Shown here piece by piece: positions 1 to 12,171 of a DNA stretch of 36,558 nt. A program made the translations under genes and the position numbers. The notes beneath the pieces are model-generated. The model had not been told where the DNA came from, ran no database searches, and saw only the letters and a program-made list of their open reading frames with translations. Numbering within the stretch: the first letter of the stretch is position 1; each line of letters begins with the position of its first letter. The stretch covers positions 17,959,645 through 17,996,202 of the forward strand of contig NC_069006.1 in NCBI RefSeq assembly GCF_001194135.2, read 5' to 3'. This DNA comes from Octopus bimaculoides (taxonomy: Eukaryota).

Positions 1-2
1 TA

Positions 3-403
3 TTACTCTTTTACTTGTTTCAGTCATTTGACTGTGGCCATGCTGGAGCACCGCCTTTAGTCGAGCAAATCAACCCTAGGACTAATTCTTTGTAAGCCTA
101 GTACTTATTCTATCGGGCCCTTTTGCCGAACTGCTAAGTTATGTGGATGTAAACACACCAACATCGGTTGTCAAGCGATGTTGGGGGGCGGGGGGGAACA
201 AATACAGACACATGAGCATATACACGCACACACACACACATATATACGACAGGCTTCTTTCAGTTTCCATCTACCAAATCCACTCACAAGGCTTTGGTCA
301 GCCCGAGGCTATAGTAGAAGACGCTTGCCCAAAGTGTCAAGCAGTGGGACTGAACCTGGAACCATGTGGTTGGTAAGCAAACTACTTACCACACAGCCAC
401 TCC
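3..403 (-). mobile_element. SINE family A (tRNA-derived head, CORE-like segment, internal CA/TA microsatellite, AAGAGT-type tail), near full length
   Basis: Minus strand reads GGAGTGGCTGTGTGGTAAGTAG (A box) ... GGTTCAGTCCC (B box) ... TTGGGCAAG. Matches many other copies in the window; resembles the known octopus tRNA-derived SINEs (OK/OR type), exact family name not assigned. Confidence 0.9.
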
Positions 404-417
404 TTATTATTATTATT

Positions 418-705
418 GGCACATGGTTTAGTGGTTAGGGCGTTCCACTCACAATCTAGCGATCATGATTTCAATTCATAGACCAGGTGGTGTGTTGTGT
501 TCTTGAGCAAAACCCTTCATGTTGCTCAGCGATCATTTCAAAACGCCTGATGCGTGATACACTGTGCACTTGTTTAGACAACATCAATTTGATGGAACGA
601 GCAAGTTAATATACAGCTTGAACATTTGATCACTATTAACGAATCATTTGTGCAGCTCGTTTGGCAAAAGCTGAATGCTCATGCATTGTCTTTGACAGGA
701 GAGAC
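418..705 (+). mobile_element. Degenerate tRNA-headed SINE (TGGTTTAGTGGTTAGG head, TTGTGTTCTTGAGCAA CORE-like segment)
   Basis: A-box-like TGGTTTAGTGG, B-box-like GATTTCAATTC, CORE-like GTGTTCTTGAGCAAAAC; head similar to 26464-26737. Confidence 0.65.
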
Positions 706-729
706 CATCATTATTATTATTAGTAGTAG

Positions 730-1061
730 TATGATGGCAGAATCATTAGCATGCCAGGCAAAATTTTAGTAGCATTTAGTCTGTCTTTACAGTCTGAGTT
801 CAAATTCTGCCATGGTAGACTTTGCCTTTTATCCTTTTGGGGGTCAATGAGTTCCAGTTGAAAACTGGGGTTGATGTAATTGACTTACTCCCTCCCCCGA
901 AATTGTTGGCCTTGTGTCAAAATTTGAAATCATTATTATTATAGATGTTTTCGATCTAGTTTGGATTGTTTGCAATCAAATTTGAATTCTTTACCATCAA
1001 GTTCGATGGCAAAGAATTCAAATTTGATTGCAAAGAATCCAAACTAGATCGAAAACATCTA

Positions 1062-1103
<42 letters not shown>

Positions 1104-1315
1104 GGCAGTGAGCTGGCAGAATCATTAACATGTTGAGCGAAATGCTTAGCAGTATTTTCTCTGTCTTCGCATTCTGAGCTCAAATTCCACCAAGGTTGAC
1201 TTAGCCTTTCATTCTTTCAGGATCGATAAATTATGCACCAGTAAAATACCGAAGTCGATGTAATTGACTAGTCCCCTCCCCCAAAATCTCAAGCCTTGTG
1301 CCTACAGTAGAAAGG

Positions 1316-1368
<53 letters not shown>

Positions 1369-1960
1369 AGCGGTAAGCTGGCAGAATCCTTAGCTTGCTG
1401 GGGAAAATGCTTAGTGGTATTTGTGCCCTTTTACATTCTGAGGTCAAATTCCACTGGGGTCAACTTTGCCATTCATCCTTCCAGGGTTGATAGAATAAGT
1501 ACCAGTTGAACACTAATCAATTTACTTCCTCCCATGAACTTGCTGGCCTTGAGCCAAAATTTGGAACCATTATTATTTTTATCATTATTATTAGTAGTAT
1601 TATTATTATTGTTATTCAAAATGCTTAGCAGCATTTGGTCCGTCAGTATGTTCAGAGTTCAAATTCTGCTGAGGTCAACTTTGCCTTTCATCTTTTTGGG
1701 GTTAATGAAATAAGTACCAGTTATGCACTGGGGTTGATGTAATTGACTTGTTCTCTCCCCCAAAATTTCAGGCCTTGTGCCTATAGTAGAAAGGAATCAT
1801 TTGCATAGTTGGGGAAATTGCTTAATGGCGTTTCATTTTGAGTTCAAATTCTGCCAAGGTTAGCTTTGCTTTTCATCATCGCGGGCTCAATATAATAAGT
1901 ACCTGTCAAGTACTGGGATTGATGTAATCAACTCACCCTCACCTTGCAAAATTTCAGGTC
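730..1960 (+). mobile_element. Head-to-tail cluster of about 5 SINE family B copies separated by (TTA)n tails
   Basis: Repeated GAGCTGGCAGAATC...AAATGCTTAG...TCTGAGTTCAAATT...GACTTTGCCTTTCATCC...AAGTACCAGT...GGCCTTGTG at about 735, 1101, 1366, 1618 and 1815. Confidence 0.9.
940..1063. repeat. Near-perfect palindrome (58-bp arms, 2 mismatches, 6-nt loop), TA-flanked; possible foldback MITE
   Basis: Arm 941-998 is the reverse complement of 1005-1062 except at 2 positions; loop AAGTTC. Confidence 0.95.
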
Positions 1961-2505
1961 AGTCACCTCACGGAGGTAAGTTGGCTGAGTTCCTTTCGAG
2001 TGTTGGGCCTCACAGAGTCAAATAACCAAGACCTTTGGCATTATGCCGTGCTTGAGAAGAAGACCCATTAAGCCAAACAAAATCGCAGTCGTGGCAGATA
2101 CTGGTGTCATGCAAATTGGCACCCATGCCGGTGGCACGTAAATGCACCCCGGTGTCATGCAAATGGCACCCATGTCAGTGGAGCATAAAAGCACCCATTA
2201 TATTCTTGGAGTGGTTGGAAGGGCATCCAGCCATAGAAAGCACCCATTATATTCTTGGAGTGGTTGGAAGGGCATCCAGCCATAGAAAGCACCCATTGTA
2301 TTCTTGGGGTGGTTGGAAGGGCATCCAGCCATAGAAAGCACCCATTGTATTCTTGGGGTGGTTGGAAGGGCATCCAGCCATAGAAAACTATGCCAAATCA
2401 GACTGGAGTCTGGTGCAGCCTCCCAGCTTACCAGCCCAGTCAAACCGTCCAACCCATGCCAACATGGACAACAGACTTCAAATGATGATGATGATGATGA
2501 CGATG
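1960..2505 (+). mobile_element. SINE/LINE-tail element (family D) ending in (GAT)n, with internal tandem expansions
   Basis: GGAAGGGCATCCAGCC...AAACCGTCCAACCCATGCC...(GAT)n tail typical of retroposon 3' ends; internal duplication of about 47 bp plus a 4x49-bp array. Confidence 0.75.
2188..2383. repeat. 4 x 49-bp tandem repeat derived from SINE sequence
   Basis: Units start at 2188, 2237, 2286 and 2335; units 1 and 2 are identical, units 3 and 4 are identical. Confidence 0.95.
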
Positions 2506-2587
2506 TGTCTATAGTAGAAAGAATTATTGTTGTTGTTTTTGTTGTTGTTACTTATTCTCATTACGTTTCTTTCTCTCTTAATCGCAG

Positions 2588-2611
2588 TGTGACAGTGAAA
2601 GTGGAGACCAG
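2588..2611 (+). CDS. Candidate 24-nt micro-exon (CDSESGDQ)
   Basis: Strong pyrimidine tract plus CGCAG acceptor, CAG|GTAGGA donor, length a multiple of 3, open frame; no recognisable homology. Confidence 0.35.
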
Positions 2612-3424
2612 GTAGGACACCTTTTTTTTCTTTTCCATTGGGTTCATCTTTTTCTCTAGACTATCAGTCATGTCACCAAGGTTTATGTGTGTGGATACCT
2701 GTGTACATACACACACATATATATATATATGTGTGTGTGTATGTGCATATGTATATATACCTGTGTATGGAGATAACAATGCAAATAAACAAATAAACAT
2801 GTTTGGACTTGATATATAAAATATACATATATATATACATGAATACATATATATAAAGTGATATATATATATATATATATATATTAAGAGAAACAAAAGC
2901 TGAAAATATTCAGAAGATGAACATTCATGTATAGGCATATCCCTGTATATATTTACATGTATATATGTATATATATTTTATATATCAAGCACAAGCATGT
3001 TTATTTCCTTATTTGCATAATTGTCTCCATATCTGCTCACCTGGATTCCTCTTATAGCCACTCTTTACCCCGTGGACTTAGTCCTCGATAAAGATTTCGG
3101 AGTGTAAGTTCAAATCTTTTGAGCACTACTAAGTGTTTTCTGTATTAATAATCTCTGGATCTCATCTGATGAATCTATACCTGTGTATGTATGTATATGA
3201 GTGTATATGTATATATATATATATGGGTGTGTCTGTGTATAAAAAATGCATGCTTGTCTGTGTATATATATATATATATATATATAAATTTAAATAATAG
3301 TGGTGAAAAATTGAATATTAATTTGATTAATTTCAATTTAAAACCAGTGGCCTTGCAAATTGAAAAATCTGAAGATTCAGAAAAATTATATTACATATAT
3401 ATAAGAAGGTTGACCACTAAGTGG

Positions 3425-3495
3425 ACATCCATTTTGCTAGAAGAAGACCACCTATGGTCTGACCATAGGTGGTGGTCTTCTAGCAAAATGGATGT
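3425..3495. repeat. Near-perfect palindrome (35-bp arms, 2 adjacent mismatches, 1-nt centre)
   Basis: ACATCCATTTTGCTAGAAGAAGACCACCTATGGTC-T-GACCATAGGTGGTGGTCTTCTAGCAAAATGGATGT. Confidence 0.95.
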
Positions 3496-3907
3496 ATATA
3501 TATATACACATATATATATGTGTGTGTGTATGTATGTACGTATTTATCATTTCCCTTTTGTGATTCTGAATATTGACCCTCTAAAGACAAGACCTCTTTT
3601 CTCACAAGCAAACCAACCACCATCACTGGAATTTGGATAGAAGTGACAACTGCAAAACCTTAAATTTTGAATTTCAGATAATCCTTGCATACTTTTCAGC
3701 GTTCTGTTTACCAATTAATATTTTCAGAATATGAACACCAATTACCTGTTCCTTTCTTTGATAATTCCAGATGTTCTTGACTATTTCCTACACACTCTGT
3801 AACATAACGGAATGCATTTGTGATTACGGGTACACATGTAGATTTATCTCATGAGTGAGGAAGGTTTGGGTTTCAAAGCAGCTGACCCTACAATGTCTTC
3901 TTTCATC

Positions 3908-4220
3908 CTTTATTTTTTTTTACTCACTTCAGTCATTACACTGTGGCCATGCTGGGGCACCGCTTCAAAGGGTTTAATCGAACAAATTGACCCGAGTACT
4001 TACTTTTTAAGCCTGTTACTTATTCTGTCAGCCTCTTTTGCCAAACTGCTAAGTTACAGGGAATCGAACAAATTGACCCCAGTACTTACATTTTAAGCCT
4101 GTTACTTATTCTGTCAGCCTCTTTTGCCAAACTGCTAAGTTACAGGGGACATAAACAAACAAACTCTAGATGTCAAGCAGTGATGAGGAACAAATTCAAA
4201 AACACAAACAAACATACTTA
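3908..4220 (-). mobile_element. SINE family A 3' half with an internal 86-bp tandem duplication (3976-4147)
   Basis: AATCGAACAAATTGACCC...AAGTTACAGGG occurs at 3976 and again at 4062. Confidence 0.85.
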
Positions 4221-4249
4221 TATGTATATCATCTTTGTTGCCTGCTTCC

Positions 4250-4520
4250 TTTATGGTGATGGCATTGATGACTAACTAAATCAATTCTTGCATAATGGCA
4301 AGATTGTTGATGGAAGACATGCATACGAGCTTCCCCTCTCCATGCCACCAATTCTATCCAGGGGAAAGGCAAAGGTCAATACAGCTTGGCACCAGTGGCA
4401 TTGCAACTCATTTCTACAACTGAATGAACTGGAGCTCAAGAACACAACATACAGCCCAGTCTAGGAATTGAGCTCAAAACATCACAACCATAAGCTCAAC
4501 ACTCTAACCACTGAACTATA
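4250..4520 (-). mobile_element. Degenerate tRNA/CORE-type SINE
   Basis: Minus strand TAGTTCAGTGGTTAGAGTG head, TTGTGTTCTTGAGC and CAGTTGTAGAAATGAGTTGC CORE-like body. Confidence 0.6.
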
Positions 4521-4817
4521 TATATATATATATANNNNNNNNNNNNNNNNNNNNNNNNNNNNNNNNNNNNNNNNNNNNNNNNNNNNNNNNNNNNNNNNNN
4601 NNNNNNNNNNNNNNNNNNNNNNNNNNNNNNNNNNNNNNNNNNNNNNNNNNNNNNNNNNNNNNNNNNNNNNNNNNNNNNNNNNNNNNNNNNNNNNNNNNNN
4701 NNNNNNNNNNNNNNNNNNNNNNNNNNNNNNNNNNNNNNNNNNNNNNNNNNNNNNNNNNNNNNNNNNNNNNNNNNNNNNNNNNNNNNNNNNNNNNNNNNNN
4801 NNNNNNNNNNNNNNNNN

Positions 4818-4863
<46 letters not shown>

Positions 4864-4909
4864 ACATATATATAAGTACACACATACATACATACATACA
4901 TACACGCAT

Positions 4910-5705
4910 AGTGTTCGTCTTTCAGTTTCTGTCTACTAAATCCACTCTCAAGGCTTTGGTAGGCCTGGGGCTATAGCAGAAGACACTTGCCCGTGGTGCT
5001 ATGCAGTGGGATGAACCCAGAACTATCTAGCTGTGGAGCAAACTTCTTACCACCCAGTCATGCTTTGGCAAGCTTGTCTTTGAATTGAACTCATGACTTT
5101 ACGATCATAGGCCTAACCACTAAGCCATGTGCCTTCACTGACACCATTGTAGTAGTGGTAGAAAAAGCATAGAGAGGAGACAGGTCAGTTTGCAAGCCTG
5201 AGTTTGAAGCAGCATGTCTGATCAGGGTCTTTTCCTGGATGTGGTTTACAGTGTCTTGGTGTACAAACATCCACATCTGCAACACCACTGCTGTTTCTGC
5301 AAATTCTGATATCCTTATGGGTCTCATCTGAGTTTTATCTTTTATCATTTATCTATTACTTAGACTGTGGCCATGCTGGGGCATCATTTTGAGGAATTTT
5401 TTAGTCAGATGAATCGAACCCATTACGTATGTTTGTTTTTTTAAACCTGGTACTTATTGTCGGTCTCTTTGGCTGAATCGCTATGTTACAGGGACATAAA
5501 CACACCAACACCAGTTGTCAAGCAGTGGTGGGGGACAGTCACAAAGACACACACACACATATACAAAGGTCTTCTTTCAGTTTCCGTCTACTAAATCCAC
5601 TCTAGGCATTGGATGGCCCTAGGCCATAGTAGAAGGCACAGTGAGACTGAACCCAGATCCATGTGGTTGGGAAAAAAACTTCTTACCACACAGTCACAAC
5701 TGCAC
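4910..5705 (-). mobile_element. Two SINE family A copies (head half 4910-5075; full 5350-5705)
   Basis: Diagnostic blocks CTTTCAGTTTC(C/T)GTCTAC, GACTGTGGCCATGCTGG, CCATGTGGTTGG; heavily CpG-decayed. Confidence 0.85.
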
Positions 5706-5962
5706 CTATCAATAATTCTTGTTGGCTGAACTACCTTTTAGCCCTGCAGGGAAATGCCTGTGGTCAGGATGTGATCATTCTAACCATGTTAAGGGACATG
5801 CAATCAGGCTTTTTGCCCATGATGCTGTGGTAACATTTAATCTTCCTTGAGTTTCAATTCATTTCATGAGTCACCGTTTTGAGTTAACGAGGTGGTTTTG
5901 TTATGACGTTCTTGCAGTTAATCAACACATGTTGTTTGTTTAGGTTTGTTTTCCATGTTTAG

Positions 5963-5979
5963 ATTGAGAACGAGGAAAG
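5963..5979 (+). CDS. Candidate 17-nt micro-exon (IENEE plus a split codon)
   Basis: T-rich tract ending TTTAG, AAG|GTTGGT donor; phase fits 2588-2611 and 14106-14172. Confidence 0.25.
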
Positions 5980-6218
5980 GTTGGTGCTCTATGGATTGAT
6001 CTGTTTGTCACAAGTGGTTTGTGTGTGTGTGTGTGTGTGATCTCATTAGTGTCAACCTTTCTCTAAAACTACCAATTTCCATTCCATTAGAAACTGTTAT
6101 CGAATTGACAAGTTCTTTCTTCGTCCCAAACAGAGCATCTGCACCAATTTTCCACTCCCTGTTCACAACTCCACACATTCCGATCTTTATTCCTAATTGC
6201 CATTCTCTATTCCCCCTT

Positions 6219-6373
6219 CTCCACTCACTACTCATCACTCTCCACTCATCACTCATCATTCTCCACTCATCACTCATCATTCTCCACTCATCACTCATCA
6301 TTCTCCACTCATCACTCATCATTCTCCACTCATCACTCATCATTCTCCACTCATCACTCATCATTCTCCACTG
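6219..6373. repeat. 21-bp minisatellite (CTCCACTCATCACTCATCATT), about 7 copies
   Basis: Direct reading; produces the WRMMSDE / LIILHSS / THHSPLI peptide repeats in the ORF track. Confidence 0.95.
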
Positions 6374-6623
6374 AACACTCGTCCCTCTCCTGGTTGTTAA
6401 TTTGTTAATGCTAGCGACGACAGTATTGCTTTCATAATGGTGGTGAGAGGAAGGTGACGGGGGGGGGGAGTTGGTCTGCCTAGCAACTAAAACACATTGC
6501 TCCCTGGCTCTCCCTGTGTTCAGCTGAGTGACTTTCATAACCCTGACCACACATGCTTTAACCACCACCTCTTTCAATCCATGCAAAGAAGCGATGTGCA
6601 AACAATGACATCTCCAATTGAGC

Positions 6624-6657
<34 letters not shown>

Positions 6658-7640
6658 GGAGGGAGGGAGGGAAGAGACGGACGGACAGACAGAGAGTCAT
6701 CGAGCTAGCACGATGTGATAAATAGCATTTAAGAAGCCATCGCGTTGTTGTGGCTGGCATTAACAGCAATGTCGATGTATATCCCGCTGGGGGTAGTGGA
6801 GGGGGCAGGAGGATGGGGTGGGGGGAGGTTTAATCTCTGACAAGCTTAGCTGTAAGTACATTGAGCTGGACTGTGGTGTTAAATGATAGAGAACTCGTCT
6901 TTATCCCAGAGAGAGAGAGAGAGACGCTGCTTTATCAGGGTCTTTTGGGGGTTTTTTTGTTTCCCTTCGCCCCCATCAATGCCAAACAATCGACAGACAT
7001 TGTTTCTAAGTGGACAACCAAATAGAATTGCTAAATAAATATGATTTCACCTTCTTTTGTTAAGCAAAACTCTCACTGGCATTATCTTGACCACCAACAG
7101 CAGCACCATTTTGTTCCTTTACCTTATAGTGTAATTCTACAATCACTGTATGAGACTGTGTGTTTATGTATGTGGATATGTATCCCTGTATTTGTATCTG
7201 TGTGTGTGTGTGTGTGATATATAGGCCGATATATAAAAACTTACGTATAGATACATACGCACATAGATGCATGGGTATGTGTGTGTGTGTGTGTGTATGT
7301 AATTACTATTAGAAATTCCTTACATGTCTATCTAGCATGTAAATCTTTGTAATTCCTATTAGTAAATGAAACATGTGTAATGGAGAATAAATAATACCAA
7401 ACAATTTCCACTTTCCTGTTTTGTTATACAATAGCCCTATAAATAATATTTCCATAATTCCCAATTTTTAATAGGAACTTTCTGACTAACATACAGCAGC
7501 AATTATGTACACATATTGATTTGTAATAATGGAGTAAGCAGGTGTGCTTCAAGAGGAAACAGCTGGGATTCACCCTAACTCCTTATATGATATATATGTG
7601 TGTGTGTGTGTGTATGTATGTGTGTGTGTGTCTGTATGTA

Positions 7641-7708
<68 letters not shown>

Positions 7709-7773
7709 TATAAACACATATATAGACATATATGTATGTATATATATGTATGCCTATATATGTATGTATGCAT

Positions 7774-7822
<49 letters not shown>

Positions 7823-8025
7823 TATACCCCGTTATTAGACTATTTTCTTTAGTCAATACACAGTGATCACTTATAAGCTTTAAGCTTATAAGATATCATT
7901 ATTTACAGAATTGTCACTGCTTCTCAAATCATTATAGAAAACGTGTGTGTGTATATATATATGCATGTATGTATGTATGTATGTATGTATGTATGTATAA
8001 ATATATAGTTTTAGGGAAAAGAAGC

Positions 8026-8064
<39 letters not shown>

Positions 8065-8075
8065 GTGTGTATATA

Positions 8076-8130
<55 letters not shown>

Positions 8131-8543
8131 ACATGTGTGTGTGTGTGTGTGTGTGTATGAGAGGTAACATACACTGCAGGGAGGCATGCAGCCTCACGCA
8201 GCCCCTCGTAGTCTCCAGCCCCTCGTAGTCTCCAGCCCCTGCAGCCATAATCTGCGCACAGCATTGTTATTACACTCAGCAAATGTTTGATCAGTCTTTA
8301 CAGGAAATTGAACTCTTAATTGTCTGCAGAAATGCTTCATTATTCCATGGTTTGAGCATGTCTAGGGAGATAAATTCGGGGACAGCTACTACACTCTCAG
8401 ACATTCTCTACTCTCCTCTGTCACTGCAGTTTTATTTATTTATATATTTCTGAAGTTATTTTTTAGTTTTTCTTTTTTTTTTCTTTTTTTTTTTTTAGTG
8501 TCTCCCTATTCAGAATACTACTTTAGAATTTCCTCTGCTCCAT

Positions 8544-8593
<50 letters not shown>

Positions 8594-9117
8594 CCTCTCA
8601 CACATACATTCACTCTGTTCCCTCCACCCTGGTTTCTCTCCCTTTCATTCTCTTCTCTTCCTCTCTTCATCTATCTGTTTTCTTTTCCATTCTGCCCTCT
8701 CAATATTCTTTGCTAAATTTCTCCCTTTGTACATTTCTGTTTCTCTCTCTCTCTCAACCTATCCTGTCTATCTATCAATCCATCTATCTACATCCATCCA
8801 TCTTTCTACCAACCTACCTATCTGGCTATCTTTCTGTTAGTCTCTCTCTGTCTGCCTATGTATCAAGCTGTATCAAGCCATTTTACCTATATCCAGCCAT
8901 CCATCTGTGTACCTTTCTATCTGTCTGTCTATCTATTTATCTGCCTATCTATATTTATATTAACTGCTCTTGTGTAAGGGAAGTAGGGCCCGTTTAGATA
9001 TTAATGTGTTGACCTATATCAGTTACAGAAGAGGAACTTTCCCCTTGATTTTCCAGTCAGTGGAAGGGAAGATAAAATTACAACAGGGATCATTATGTTC
9101 ATCAATATGTTCATCAT

Positions 9118-10245
9118 AGGACTGTGGTCATGCTGGGGCACTACCTTGAAGGGTTCTAGTCAAATGAATCAACCCTAGTGATTTTCTTCTATTTTTGTTA
9201 TACAAGTTCAATCTCTGGCTTAGTGATTAATACTTTGTGGGGTTTTTTTTTTTCTTTCCTGTTTTGTTTTGGTGTTCTGTTGATTCCCGACTGGATGGAA
9301 TACAAAGCTGACTTTGATGAAATTTGAACTCAGACTCTAGGGAATCAGACCATATAGTGCATTGCATTCTGGTGATGATGATGATTCTATCTGATGCTCT
9401 AACAACCAGCAATTTGTTCACAAGGCTTTGGTCAGCCCTTGCCCAATGTACCATGCAGTGGGACTGAACCCAGAACCATGTGGTTGGTAAGCAAGCTACT
9501 TACGACACAGCCACTCCTATATTATATATTATTATTATACATACATATATANNNNNNNNNNNNNNNNNNNNNNNNNNNNNNNNNNNNNNNNNNNNNNNNN
9601 NNNNNNNNNNNNNNNNNNNNNNNNNNNNNNNNNNNNNNNNNNNNNNNNNNNNNNNNNNNNNNNNNNNNNNNNNNNNNNNNNNNNNNNNNNNNNNNNNNNN
9701 NNNNNNNNNNNNNNNNNNNNNNNNNNNNNNNNNNNNNNNNNNNNNNNNNNNNNNNNNNNNNNNNNNNNNNNNNNNNNNNNNNNNNNNNNNNNNNNNNNNN
9801 NNNNNNNNNNNNNNNNNNNNNNNNNNNNNNNNNNNNNNNNNNNNNNNNNNNNNNNNNNNNNNNNNNNNNNNNNNNNNNNNNNNNNNNNNNNNNNNNNNNN
9901 NNNNNNNNNNNNNNNNNNNNNNNNNNNNNNNNNNNNNNNNNNNNNNNNNNNNNNNNNNNNNNNNNNNNNNNNNNNNNNNNNNNNNNNNNNNNNNNNNNNN
10001 NNNNNNNNNNNNNNNNNNNNNNNNNNNNNNNNNNNNNNNNNNNNNNNNNNNNNNNNNNNNNNNNNNNNNNNNNNNNNNNNNNNNNNNNNNNNNNNNNNNN
10101 NNNNNNNNNNNNNNNNNNNNNNNNNNNNNNNNNNNNNNNNNNNNNNNNATATATAATATGTACACACACACATACATAAATATGTATATATCCATATGTA
10201 AATACATATTGATACATATATATGATATTTACACACACACACACA

Positions 10246-10295
<50 letters not shown>

Positions 10296-10560
10296 GACTG
10301 AACATGAGACCATATGGCTGGCAGCAAGCTTCATTTCAAACCTCATACATATGTATACACATGCACACACAAACACACATATATGTATCTATACTCTTTT
10401 TACTGGTTTCACTTTTTTGCCTGTGGCCATCCTGGGACATCACCTTGAACTATTTAGCTGATGAAATTGCACCCAGTACTTATTCTAAGTTAGGCACTTA
10501 TAGTTATGTACCCATAACTGGTCTCCCAATTTTAGGGAACATAAACAAATCTATAAGGGA
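9118..10560 (-). mobile_element. SINE family A fragments (9118-9200, 9415-9515, 10395-10555)
   Basis: GACTGTGGTCATGCTGGGGCAC, CAAGGCTTTGGTCAGCCC...CCACTCC and CTGTGGCCATCCTGG blocks. Confidence 0.75.
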
Positions 10561-10569
10561 ATGTCACTT

Positions 10570-11280
10570 ATAATGTTAAGGACAGTGTCACAGAATTTGG
10601 GATAGTGTTGAGGTGTTAAGGACATTGTCACAGTGTTACAGAGTGTTACATTCTTAAGAATAGTGTTGAATCTTAAGGACAATGTTGTAGTGTTATGAAC
10701 AGTGTTGCAGTGTTACATACTTTGCCACATTACTGCAGTCTTAAGGACAGTGTTGCAGTGTTAGGTACTTTGTCATGGTGTTATAAATAGTGTCGCAGTG
10801 TCAAGGATGGTATTGCAGTGTTAAGGATGGTGTCGCAGTGTTAATTACAGTGTTGTAGTTTTAGCTACTTTGTTACAGTGTTAAGGACAGTGTTGTAGTC
10901 TAAAAGACAGTGTCACGATATTAAAGACAGTGTGATAGTTTTTGGAACAGTGTATCAATGTTAGATACTTTGTCTCAGTGTTGCAGAGTTGAGGACAGTG
11001 TTGCAATGTTAAGGACAATGTTGTAGTGTAAAGGATAAGTGTTGAGGACAGTGTTATGGGTAGTATTGTAATGTTAAGGACAGTGTTATAGCATTAAGGA
11101 CAGCGTCACAGTGTTAAAGACAGTGTAATAGTGTTAGAGGCAGTGTATAAATGTTACATACTTCATCATAGTGTCATAGTATTAAGGATAATGTTACAGT
11201 GTTGAGGACAGTGTTGCATTGTTAGATACTACTATGTCAAAGTGTTACAGACAGTGTCAGAATGATAGATGTGTCGTATC
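10570..11280. repeat. Degenerate 19-20-bp minisatellite (consensus near CAGTGTTAAGGACAGTGTTG)
   Basis: Recurrent CAGTGTT and AAGGACAG motifs throughout; followed by a weaker GTTGATAAAG-type array to about 11470. Confidence 0.9.
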
Positions 11281-12084
11281 AGACTGTGAAAGCCATCTAC
11301 ACTGTTTCATAATGAAAGACAGTTCTGTTGATATAAGAGACGTTACATTGAAAAAAAAGGGGTAGTTTATGTTGATAAAGAGGTGGTTCTGTTGATAAAG
11401 GGGATATAATGTTGATATGAGGGTAGTAATGCTAGTGTAAGGCTAGTTATGTTAAGAGTTCGTTAAAGATAAGAGCAGTTGTGTTAATCTTTTTTAATGC
11501 TCTGAGATACGCATATATATATATATATATANNNNNNNNNNNNNNNNNNNNNNNNNNNNNNNNNNNNNNNNNNNNNNNNNNNNNNNNNNNNNNNNNNNNN
11601 NNNNNNNNNNNNNNNNNNNNNNNNNNNNNNNNNNNNNNNNNNNNNNNNNNNNNNNNNNNNNNNNNNNNNNNNNNNNNNNNNNNNNNNNNNNNNNNNNNNN
11701 NNNNNNNNNNNNNNNNNNNNNNNNNNNNNNNNNNNNNNNNNNNNNNNNNNNNNNNNNNNNNNNNNNNNNNNNNNNNNNNNNNNNNNNNNNNNNNNNNNNN
11801 NNNNNNNATATATATATCTACATATGTATGTGTGTATGTGTATATCTATGGGTGGATGTAAATGCATGTGATTGTATTAAGATGGGGACAGAAATAGTTA
11901 GATAACATGAGTTGTCTTAAGAATTCCCTTATCGCATCTCTTTGCTGATGTTGTATCCTCCTGTTATCTGTATCATCATCATCATCACCATCCAGAAATG
12001 TTGATATCATTTATAGTGGTTTTGTATTACTTCTCCTTCTTCAACATACTGAGTCCATACTAGCTTTCTCTCCCCCCCTCTCTG

Positions 12085-12120
<36 letters not shown>

Positions 12121-12171
12121 AAAGTATGCTTCAGGCTCCCGGTTGAGTTACACTGTGAACATATATCCTTT

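Noticed and set aside
143-438. Recurrent ORFs such as DRLLSVSIYQIHSQGFGQPEAIVED and TRLWSARGYSRRRLPK
   Set aside because: Translations of SINE family A, repeated at many loci in the window.
2188-2383. CRISPR-like regular repeats
   Set aside because: Contiguous tandem units without unique spacers, in eukaryotic SINE context.
3162-3180. CTGATGA hammerhead core strand
   Set aside because: No helix II or GAAA partner follows.
6008-6769. 253-aa minus-strand ORF with WRMMSDE repeats
   Set aside because: Kept open by a 21-bp minisatellite and CT/CA microsatellites; no domain or splice support.
7060-7140. Possible exon (minus VELHYKVKEQNGAAVGGQDNASESFA*, or plus QNSHWHYLDHQQQ...)
   Set aside because: Open on both strands, no convincing donor, no homology.
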